DNA of 61,267 nt, counting the filler. It is 15 parts of 15 records of this genome, joined end to end, with 100 filler letters (N's around TTAATTAATTAA, not from the genome) between each part and the next. Parts side by side here need not be neighbours in the genome. Positions count along the whole stretch, not along the records: positions 33,900 to 39,059 come from SRR15195285_13198; positions 39,160 to 42,850 come from SRR15195285_13206; positions 42,951 to 46,403 come from SRR15195285_13238; 12 more parts are not named here. One strand, given 5' to 3'. Made by a program: the position numbers and the translations under genes. The notes under the pieces were generated by a model. That model searched no databases and was not told the origin of the DNA. It worked only from the letters and a program-made list of their open reading frames with translations. Every line of letters starts with the position of its first letter. Position 1 is the first letter of the stretch. Of the stretch, positions 34,368 through 43,675 are shown piece after piece.

Positions 34368-36659
34368 ATGGAAATGGTGGCGGGTGCCGTGGTCAATCAG
34401 GTGGTGGACAGAGCTGTTGGACAGGTTCTGCCAGACGGTAGAGCGGCCCCTGCTGCGGGCTTCGAGTCAGCGCCGGGGCACGCTGCAGTGCAAGGCCCCC
34501 CACGCACGCAGGCCGATGGTTACATAGACCATTTCATTCCCGGTCCGCTTCGATACATACTCGACCAGCTTGGTCAGTGGACGGACGCGTTCATCAAGCT
34601 TCTGTTCGTGCTGCTCGTACTTGTTGTGCTCCTTGTCGCAGTCCTGACCGTGCAAACACTGTTCGGCGGCTGCCCGGCGTGTGCGGATGATGGTGGTGCA
34701 GCCCCAGGCTCTGCCTCGACGCTGCTCCTCGGTCATATAGCCTTCCCCGTCATTAGCACTCTGGTCTCTGTGGTCGCGTGGGTCGGCTTCAATTCGCTGC
34801 TCGGCGATGGGTTGCCAGGTTGGTTTCAAGCTTATATGACGCGGAACCGAGACGCTTACTTACATCGGGGCCAGTTACCTGCGAGCCACACTCTGGCGGC
34901 GCGGCTCTGCGAGCATGCAGAAGCCGCACACCAGCAGTTAGTGGCGGCAGGTGTGCCACGGAAGCACCGATTCCATCTCGGCTGCGCCGTCTCAGCAATT
35001 TTCGTTGCAGTCTTGCCAATGTGGATGACTGCAGTTCTTCTCTTTGCCGTAGCGAGTGCCCACGCTGCGTTCACTGCGCTTGTGAAGCTGATGCACCCAC
35101 ACTGCGTGTCGGTCACTGCTGTCCGCCCGGCTCGAAGCAACGGAAAATGGCAGTACCAGGTGTCGCTTAGCCACCTGGCCCCGGACGTCCAAGCCGGCAC
35201 GCCACAAACACGAAGGGAGGTGCTCCGGAGATTCCGCGATTTCAGGTTTTTGCACAAGGAGCTCGCACCGATTGCGACTCGATATGACATTCATCACGTC
35301 AAAACGTTGCCCACTGCGGAGTGGCTGACAGATTCTGGCATGAATTCGCCCACCAGTGTCGCAAAGGACGTGGGAAAAGGCATGTTTGCGGCATTGGCTG
35401 GGCTGGTTGGTGGCGTTGGTAGCGGCGGCGCCGGTGCCGCCGGAGGCACGGAGCGTATGAGCCGGACTCTGACAGGTAGTGAACAAGAGCGCAAGGCCCT
35501 TGAGCGTGCCAGAAGACTAGAAGTTTGGCTGCGCGCAGTTCTCGTGGACTATCGGCTCAACGGGCAGCATTCGGTCGAGCAAATCTTCCTGGATCTACGA
35601 ATTGGCGCCGGTGGCTGCAAGGAGGCGCACGAGCAGCTGTCAGAACGTTCGCTTGACCCCACCGACGACAGTGTGTTTGGAGTCCTTGGCCGTCAATTAA
35701 AAGACCTCGAGGAAGCGGTGCAACGAGCCGACAAGGCCGAGGTCAACCGAGCTATCGAGACTGACCGCGCTGCTTTTGCCGCGGGGCTGCGACTACTCGC
35801 CGACACGATTGATGGTGGATACCCAGCTGGTAGAGACCACGGCACTATACCACTCGAGCCAGAACCAGAGAGAAGTGAGTTGCTGGGGTCGATGCAGCAT
35901 CACAGCGACACACACCGTGCCAAGCTGCTGACGTCGCAGGCCAACACGTTGATGGCCATACCTATACACGACGACTACATGCCGCCGCCTGAGGTCAAGT
36001 CAAACCCTCAGCCGACGACAACAGCAGAGGAAGATATCCCACCCGCTCTGCCATCTGTTCCAGCGCCTCGAGACGTGCCACCTGAGTTTCGGACTACTTC
36101 TAGTGGCACAGATTGTTCGGACCACGCGTCTCAATCAAGCAGGGTTGATGCACCAGCCACGTTGTCAGTGCCATGCATTTCGGAGCGACCTGCTATCCTG
36201 TTGTCTAAAACAAAGCTCGAGTGGCCGGTCTCTGGTTCAAGCTCTCTGCCCCGGACTTCGAGTGGGCAGCAGTTTCAGCATGTAACCTTGCGCAACCCGT
36301 CCAACGAGCGCTCTCTCTTCTTCAAGGTCAAACTGACCAACAGAGCACGATATGCTGTGGTGCCGCATATCGGACTTGTTGCGGCAAGCGCGACATTGGA
36401 GCTCAAAGTTGTCTTACTCCCTTTGCCAGCGTCTTTGGACTTACACAGTGGTGATCCGAAAGCGCTGACGGACACGTTCCTCATACAAGCTGCTTGGGAG
36501 CCTTTGATTGAGGTCGGACAGCCTACTCTGACAGCTGAGTTGTTCTGGGAGAAGTATCGAGATCATCACAAGACCCACGAAGGGAAAGTCACGCTCGGCA
36601 ATACGAAGTTTTCTTCGCGTCTGCGACTGCCACGGGCACTTGACGCTGTGGATGAATGA
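34368..36659 (+). CDS. Membrane protein with N-terminal TM helices, a PX domain and a C-terminal MSP (VAP-type) domain
   Basis: TM LLFVLLVLVVLLVAVL and others. PX: YQVSL...VLRRFRDFRFLHKEL...ERARRLEVWLRAVL. MSP: VTLRNPSNERSLFFKVKLTNRARYAVVPHIG...DTFLIQ. Confidence 0.8.
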   Translation: MEMVAGAVVNQVVDRAVGQVLPDGRAAPAAGFESAPGHAAVQGPPRTQADGYIDHFIPGPLRYILDQLGQWTDAFIKLLFVLLVLVVLLVAVLTVQTLFGGCPACADDGGAAPGSASTLLLGHIAFPVISTLVSVVAWVGFNSLLGDGLPGWFQAYMTRNRDAYLHRGQLPASHTLAARLCEHAEAAHQQLVAAGVPRKHRFHLGCAVSAIFVAVLPMWMTAVLLFAVASAHAAFTALVKLMHPHCVSVTAVRPARSNGKWQYQVSLSHLAPDVQAGTPQTRREVLRRFRDFRFLHKELAPIATRYDIHHVKTLPTAEWLTDSGMNSPTSVAKDVGKGMFAALAGLVGGVGSGGAGAAGGTERMSRTLTGSEQERKALERARRLEVWLRAVLVDYRLNGQHSVEQIFLDLRIGAGGCKEAHEQLSERSLDPTDDSVFGVLGRQLKDLEEAVQRADKAEVNRAIETDRAAFAAGLRLLADTIDGGYPAGRDHGTIPLEPEPERSELLGSMQHHSDTHRAKLLTSQANTLMAIPIHDDYMPPPEVKSNPQPTTTAEEDIPPALPSVPAPRDVPPEFRTTSSGTDCSDHASQSSRVDAPATLSVPCISERPAILLSKTKLEWPVSGSSSLPRTSSGQQFQHVTLRNPSNERSLFFKVKLTNRARYAVVPHIGLVAASATLELKVVLLPLPASLDLHSGDPKALTDTFLIQAAWEPLIEVGQPTLTAELFWEKYRDHHKTHEGKVTLGNTKFSSRLRLPRALDAVDE

Positions 36660-37214
36660 ATTGCGCATTTGCAACTTTCACTGACCGACTGTGGTAGCTA
36701 ATGAGAAGAATCCTGCGAAACGGAGCAATCAGGCGACGGTTTCACCGCATCTCACAGATCACTGCTCTGATAGGGCACCACACATGCCCATGACCAATAT
36801 GTGTGCACTAGGTAGTATAGAACAGCAGCTCAATACACAAGATTATGTGCCACCGTGGCGCCGGTACGAGTACTGGCATGCCCGCCGCGCAAGTTCGAAT
36901 TTCATGACCACGATATTCGTACTACTACCAAACGACAATCATCATCCCGGAGCTCTGGGCTGTATGGAACAAACCACAACTAACCTGGTGAGGTGACTAT
37001 CGTTCCTAGACAACGCCCTCGATTCGCAACGCGCTGAACAAGAAGCTCCGGGCGCACCACAACTTTTGTCTGGACGCGACCTGCCCATGACCTCAGATTC
37101 TCGACGACGAGGGCGCCCGATCGCGACGAATGCATGCCGGTACTCGACTGACGACAATAGCATAGACCCCCCATCGATACATGTAGGTGGATCGGTCAAG
37201 GCCCAACGGAAATT

Positions 37215-38180
37215 TCATTGCACGAGCAGCAGCGAATCTGGTTTGGCCACGGCGGACAACCGCGCCATTTCGGCGGTCGTTAAGTTGCCCCAGCTCCAAA
37301 GATCCAGATCCTCGTTCATATAATCTAGCCGCCAAATGGCTGTTGCGAGAGGCAAGCCCTGCTGCACGATCCACTTTAGTCCAACCTGCGCTGCCGAGAC
37401 TCCGTGATCTTTGGCGATGGAAATTACCTCCGGCACAGCCATGACGTTCTTGCCACCGCTCCACGTGCAGCTAGAGCCGTTGGCGCCGCCACAAAGCGGC
37501 GAGTATGACTGGTATGTGATGCCACGCGCCTTGCAGTACGCGATGGTCGCGTCATCGTGAAAAACCACCGACAGCTCTGCCTGGTTAACGGCCGGAACCA
37601 CCGTGGCCCCGGCGGCGCGAAGCTGTTCGAAATGTTCTTGCTTGAAATGCGAGACCCCGATAGAGCGGCTGTGCCCAGCGGCCAGCGCCTCCTCCAGCGC
37701 GCGCCAGGTGCCTGGCAAGTCGCATTTCCCCGGGCCCCAGCTCGAAGTCGTGTGTATTAGCGTGAGGTCAACCACATCCATCTTCAGGTCTGCTAGATTT
37801 TGGGCGATGTTCGTCTTGGCGACGCTATAGGTTGTACAGGGAATCTTTGTCTCGAGGAAGACGGCGCCACGTGGCTTGCCCGCTGCAGCGATCCCGGCCG
37901 CAACCTCAGGCTCGTCGTGGTACTCGAACGCCGTGTCGATCCCGACGCCCCCCGTGCTGCTCAGCCACAGTGCTGTCGCGGCGCTGACGTTGCCCTTTTG
38001 ACCGGAGCCAGTCCCAAGCACCACCTGGGGCAGCTGCACACCTGGTGCGATCGTGATCGTCGGCGCGGGGCCGACGGAAACTGCCGCTGCACGTCCCGGA
38101 GGCGTGCGGGCTCCGAGCAGCAGACTCGCTAGCAGAGCTAGATCTAGTGCGTTGGTGCACTTGGTGGCTCCCGCCCCCAT
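37215..38180 (-). CDS. Aldo/keto reductase with an N-terminal signal-like sequence
   Basis: Catalytic tetrad in GIDTAFEY, FLETK and DLTLIH. Also WRALE, RSIGVSHF, PAVNQAE, SYSPL and SAAQVGLKW. Confidence 0.9.
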   Translation of the reverse strand: MGAGATKCTNALDLALLASLLLGARTPPGRAAAVSVGPAPTITIAPGVQLPQVVLGTGSGQKGNVSAATALWLSSTGGVGIDTAFEYHDEPEVAAGIAAAGKPRGAVFLETKIPCTTYSVAKTNIAQNLADLKMDVVDLTLIHTTSSWGPGKCDLPGTWRALEEALAAGHSRSIGVSHFKQEHFEQLRAAGATVVPAVNQAELSVVFHDDATIAYCKARGITYQSYSPLCGGANGSSCTWSGGKNVMAVPEVISIAKDHGVSAAQVGLKWIVQQGLPLATAIWRLDYMNEDLDLWSWGNLTTAEMARLSAVAKPDSLLLVQ

Positions 38181-38417
38181 CGTCCGGCGAGCGTGTTCTA
38201 CGCGTACCGCTCGGTCTATCACCCGGCGCCCTTGCTGGGTCCCAGGAGACGTCTCCGGACCAGACCTGCTCACCTCGAATATTGGAGGAGGGTCCAGCGA
38301 AAATTGAGTGGGGTTTTAGACGGAATGATCCAACTCCACGGTGCAAAAAAAAAACGACTTCGTCAGATGTCTAATGCACCGTGCAAACGAAAGCTGCACT
38401 GATGGACTCGTGTTGTA

Positions 38418-38610
38418 CGTCACTGGTGGGAATCCGTCAGCGTCACTCGCGGGAAAAAATGATCTATTTTTCGGCAATTCTGCAAAATAGATCATTTTGC
38501 CCGTGAGTGACGACCGAAAATCCGTCACTCGCGGGAATTCCGTGAGTGACGGATTCCGTGGGTGACGTTCGTATGATCGATCGATTTCGTCACTCATGGG
38601 AAAAATGATC
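38418..38610. repeat. Foldback/palindromic array of CGTCACTCRYGGGAA units
   Basis: About seven copies in both orientations; hairpins at 38441-38512 and 38519-38555. Confidence 0.8.
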
Positions 38611-38735
38611 AATTCTGTTCAATCCATTTGATTCTCCTCGGCATGCGTATTGGCGGGCCCTCGCGCGCGCGCCTTCTGGATGTTGAGCGGGAAGAAGAGG
38701 GTGGGGCAACCTGTCTAGGGAGCGCGCAACGCGCA

Positions 38736-38933
38736 TCACCTCAGTTGCAGCTCGAACGACGTCGGTGGCACGGTGTCCTTCGCAGCGACTGTAGCGACTG
38801 CATTGCCCGTAGCTGCGTTCCGTGGGTCGGCAACTTGCGTCGCCGAAGGTTCCATTGGGATCATCCAGTCCTCGATCAATGTGTTTACGAGCGCGTAAAA
38901 CTCCATGTGTTTCTCGTCGATGCGGCGCACCAC
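38736..38933 (-). CDS. Possible terminal exon of a gene truncated by the contig end
   Basis: Protein-like ORF (RRIDEKHMEFYALVNTLIEDW) with AG acceptors just upstream; family unknown. Confidence 0.3.
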   Translation of the reverse strand: MVRRIDEKHMEFYALVNTLIEDWMIPMEPSATQVADPRNAATGNAVATVAAKDTVPPTSFELQLR

Positions 38934-39159
38934 CCCGCTGCGTCCGCTAGCCTACCACCACTACCTTTGCAGGCACAGAGAGCCTACTCCCTAAGGTGGT
39001 CTCTATCGCTCGCTGCTACAGGGGTGCGAAGTCCCTGACCCTAACGGTCGCTGTTACTANNNNNNNNNNNNNNNNNNNNNNNNNNNNNNNNNNNNNNNNN
39101 NNNTTAATTAATTAANNNNNNNNNNNNNNNNNNNNNNNNNNNNNNNNNNNNNNNNNNNN

Positions 39160-39227
39160 ATTTTGCCAAGACAGGCTCGGGACAAACATGGGAAAAGTTG
39201 AGAAAAAGAGGTTGTGTTTTCTTGCAG
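39160..39227 (+). mobile_element. 3' part of an intron carrying a repeat (TTTGCCAAGACAGGCTCGGGACAAACA), possible Introner-like element
   Basis: Ends in a TTGCAG acceptor in frame with the GH3 exon. A degenerate inverted copy lies in the next intron (~39920-39958). Confidence 0.5.
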
Positions 39228-42200
39228 ATGGTCGACTTGTTCAGGGTTCCCACTGCCTCACGGCGTGGCCAAAGTCCACCTCCGGAGGCGGAGGAGCCCT
39301 TCCAGCGTGCGGCGCGAAGTCGCCGATTCCTCCACCGCAGGTCTCGTGCCATAACTGCAGCGTTGGTCCTTGCGCCTCCATGCCGTTCTGCAACCGGTCG
39401 CTCTCGGCACAGGCCCGGGCAGAGGACATGGTCTCAAGGATGAGCAATCAGGAGAAAGGATATACATTGACAGATCACATGGGAGTGACCCGTTTGACAG
39501 ACGTGCGGCTAATGCATATCGACGGTTTGCATGGCATCGACGGCTTCGGCTGCTGGGACAAAGATAACAAAGTCTGCTGGGACCGGACGAACACTGCGGA
39601 ATGCGCGAACAGGCTGTGGGACTCCAAGTGCGTAGAGAAGCCTGGCTACGTGCCCGGCGGCCGCCTACCGACCAACTACCCAAACCTCACAGAATGTCGA
39701 TGCGCAACATCCTTCCCCTCCCTCGTCGGTGTCGGCGCGAGCTTCAATCGCTCTGTGTTCTCGTCAGTCGGCCGTGTACTTTCAGACGAAGCGCGCGCTA
39801 TGTTTAATATGAAGGTCCACGAATCGGGCCTGTTTTTTTGGACGCCAGATATCAACCTAGCGCGTAATGTGCTATGGGGACGAAACCAGGAGACGCCGGG
39901 CGAGGTAGGTGTGGAAACGCAATTTTTTTTGAGTTTTCCTTGCGTTTGGTGTCTTGGTAGCTTGATCGTGTCTGCTTCATACTATGAATGTGGCGTTTCT
40001 CCAGGACCCTCTACTCAGCGGGATCGTTGGTCAGCTCTACACGGCTGCTGGACAAGGTGATGTCAAGGCACTGAACTGGTCTGCCGCTCCAGATGGTGGA
40101 CCACCATTGAAGACAGCCTGGAGCATCAAGCACTACCTTGCATATGACGTCGAATGCTCTAGTGGTGGCGCGGGTGCTCACTTCGCGCTGACAAACATCG
40201 ACAACACACGAGCGGGTGCTGGAAAAGGCTTCGACTGCCAAGGTGCGAGCAATCTTCGCTGCGTTGCGCGACAGGACATGCTTTTGAAAGTGCGGATTTT
40301 ACCATCTCAAATAGTTGAGCTGAATGTGGACGCCAAATCCTTTCGTTTGGCGTGTGGACAGCCCCCGGCGTCGACAGATTTCACATGAACGCCAATATTT
40401 CGGAGCCCGATCTCGTTGATTATTACGGCGAAGTCTTCAGACGACCACTGGCTGCTGGCGTCTCTGCCATCATGTGCGGTGAGTGCGATAACTTCTCGTT
40501 ATTCTCAAAATTGCCTCGCGATTTCGTTGCGTAACACATGGATGGTTATCGTACGCAGCGTTCCCTAGCATCAACGGTACGCCAGCGTGCGCGAACGGTC
40601 TGCTCCAGAACAGCTTGGCGCGAGACACCTACGGCTTCGATGGCTTCATCACAACAGACTGTGGAGCGCTTCCTTTCATGAATCAAGACCATTACGACAC
40701 GTCGACACCAGCGGAGGCTGTTGCGAAGGCAATCAGGAACGGCCTGGACGCGGAGTGTGGCGAAGGAGGTCCCCAGGGTCCATCCAGCTACATCAACTGG
40801 GGAACCATTCATGAGAGCCTAGAGAACGGGCTGATGAACGAAACTGACCTGGACCAGGCTGCAATTCGCATCTGGCGCACGGCATTCAAGATGGGGCTGT
40901 TCGAGCCGGAGAACCCGTGGAGCGACCTAGGCTGGGAGACGCTCGACTCCGAAGCGAACCAGGAGGCGTCGTTCCAGGCCGCGGCACAGAGCCTGACTCT
41001 TTTGCAGAACAAGGAGTCCTTGCTACCACTGAAGTTTGAATCGATTAAGACGCTCGCCGTCATTGGGCCGTACACATGGTCGACACAGAATATCAAGGGA
41101 GATTACACAGGCCCTAACATCAGAGTGGAACTCAACTCAGTTGGTATCCGGCTCGAGCAGCGAGCAGCAGCGTCTCCATCGACGAAGCTGATCTATCCAG
41201 CAGGTACTTCCAACATGAATGGACCCGACAGCATGTGCAATTGGGCGTGCGTTGCCCCGTACCTGTGTGCATGTGGGCGCAAGGCAAACCACAGTGCATA
41301 CCTCGCCGACGCTGTTCAGACCGCCAACCACGCAGATGTCGTCCTGCTCACGATCGGCGATACGCACGTCGGCGAGTTTGGCGACCGCACTGACAACAGT
41401 CTTGAGGCCCCGCAGCAGGAGCTGCTCGAAGTGGTGTGCGCGACTGGCAAGCCAACCGTCGTCGTCGTAATCGCTGGGTATTCAATCGACCTGGCGTATG
41501 CAAAGGAGAACTGCACCGCGATACTCTTCGCATTCCTCCCGAGCCAGTCTGGCGGCGCTGCGATCGTCGACACACTGCTGGGAGTGCAGGCGCCAAGTGG
41601 GCGGCTACCGGTCACATTCTACTCTCGTGACATTCTCACCGAGCGCCCGGACCCTCTCGATGTTTCGTTGCGGGGTGGCTCAGGAATCACGTATCTGCAC
41701 TATCGCGGCGTTCCACTTTGGGAATTCGGTTTTGGACTTTCGTACAGCTCCTTCAAGTTTGAATGGTCTGGTGACAAGATGATGGAGCAGCGGACGCACC
41801 AGGTGACAGCGGCAGACGTAGCAACAGGTGTGGTGGCCCTGGAGTACACGGTCAAGGTGACGAACACCGGCAGTGTCGCGAGTGCGGTCTCTGTACTGGC
41901 GTTTCTGAACACGACCTTGGTAGAGGGCCAGCGCGCTGCGTTGCCAACGCCACCACTCCGTCAGCTGTTCAACTTCACGAAAGTTCACTTGCAGCCAGGC
42001 TCATCGACCACCGTCACTCTCGGCATGGAGAAGGAGCTGTTAGCACTGACATCGTGGAGCGGAGAGCGCGCAGTGAGGCAGGGTCAGTATACAGTGGCAG
42101 TTGGTGGAGTTGGAAGGGCGGGAAGGGTTGAGGATGGTGCCGTGGCGACGTCGCTTGAGGTTACCGGTGACGAGCCGGCGGTTCTGTTCTCAATGGTGGA

Positions 42201-42240
42201 CGTTCGCGCCGCGGCTGCTGCGCGCGAATATGTCGGCTGA
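39228..42240 (+). CDS. GH3 beta-xylosidase/arabinofuranosidase-like, 5'-partial; introns 39905-40004, 40243-40361, 40479-40558
   Basis: PFCNRSLS, DGLHG, ATSFP, FWTPDINL, WGRNQETPGE|DP, IKHYLAY, MCAFPSINGTPACAN, nucleophile ITTDCGA, GEFGDR, SGRLPVTFY, EFGFGLSY. Confidence 0.92.
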
Positions 42241-42416
42241 AGCAAGCGCATGTAGATTTCGGTAGACGGGTGAAAATCAACTACGTTCATAGTGTGCATT
42301 CATATTCATGTGCAACGAATGCGACTGGCCATGGCCCACAGTTCGCGACACCGGAGCTTGCAAATCATCATGCTTGTGCGATGATTCACACCCGCGCTCC
42401 GCGCTCAGTCGCATTA

Positions 42417-42458
42417 TGACACCGGGCATGACCCATGGAGGCCTTATGCCCGGTGTCA
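42417..42458. repeat. Palindromic dispersed repeat, TGACACCGGGCAT...ATGCCCGGTGTCA
   Basis: 13-bp perfect arms; shares TGACACCGGGCAT with 7001-7029. Confidence 0.75.
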
Positions 42459-43532
42459 ATACTAGTATACCCGGTTTTCCCATTAAAAATTACGCGACCT
42501 AGCCTACCGTAGTATGCCCTCGGAGCATTATGAGCGTCTTGGCAAGGAAAGCTGTAGAGCAATCCTCGATTGAGACAAACTGTGGTATTGCTGAACTCCG
42601 TTACGGCGTCGTAGTATCTACATCTTTTCGGTTTGTCTATGGTCACTGGACCAGAATCGCTGTTCGCGAGTGAGGACTCGGTACCAGCGAGCCACGATGA
42701 AGTGCACGTGCTGGATTTTTTCCGTACACGGGGGGAATTTCCCCCCTGAATTGGTGGATTTCTGGATTTGGTGGGTTTGAGATGCCACGTGGCAAACGGG
42801 CGGATTGCATAATATTGCATGTGTTAGGGTAGGATCACACTATCCGGCGANNNNNNNNNNNNNNNNNNNNNNNNNNNNNNNNNNNNNNNNNNNNTTAATT
42901 AATTAANNNNNNNNNNNNNNNNNNNNNNNNNNNNNNNNNNNNNNNNNNNNCTCGTGTATGGTGTGTATGGCGCGGTGTAAGCGGAACACGTGCAGCACTC
43001 TAATGTGATTGCGCCCCATTGTGCCCGCTCGCACCCCAAGGCATGGATCCACAAAACCCAGCAATCTAGGGTAAATTTCCCCCGAGGCCTCCGATACGGA
43101 CGGAGATGTCGCTCGGTGTCCTGACAGACGGCCTGGCTGTCAAGGTCAAAGGCGACACTTTCAAGCGTTCGGGCATTCCCAATTCTCGCTTCGAGATTCT
43201 TCAGCAAGGTTTCGTGCCCAAGTCTGGAGGCGGGCCATCGCGAGATGCAGGTATCCGAACCGGTGATTCTCTCGACGTGGTCCGCTAGCAACTTCTGTCA
43301 GGTTCCAGGCGACAACTCGTTGTTCCTAACCGTGTCTCCAGACTTTCTTTGCGAGCAATCTGTTCTACGATCACTAATGTGTGTATGGCGCACAGGCCAG
43401 TGCAATCAATTGCAACGATGATGGCTCCGATCTTTTGAGAGGCACGGCAGTGTGCTCAGAGATCGCACCACGTACTGTAGCTGTCTCGATTGAGAGCTGT
43501 GAATTGCACGTTTCGTACAAGTCATGACTACT

Positions 43533-43569
43533 ACGAAGGCGGGCATAAGGGCCTTATGCCCGCCTTCGT
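43533..43569. repeat. Perfect 18-bp-arm palindrome of the same family
   Basis: ACGAAGGCGGGCATAAGG-G-CCTTATGCCCGCCTTCGT. Confidence 0.85.
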
Positions 43570-43675
43570 GATGGCGCTGAACAAAATAAACAACGCCCTT
43601 TGAAATTAACTCGTCGCCGCCAAGACACCCAGCCAATTGCAGATAGGACGATTTTTCATTGCGTACCGCGCGCCC

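Noticed and set aside
43106-43288. 60-aa ORF MSLGVLTDGLAVKVKGD
   Set aside because: Somewhat protein-like, but no family or exon structure could be supported.
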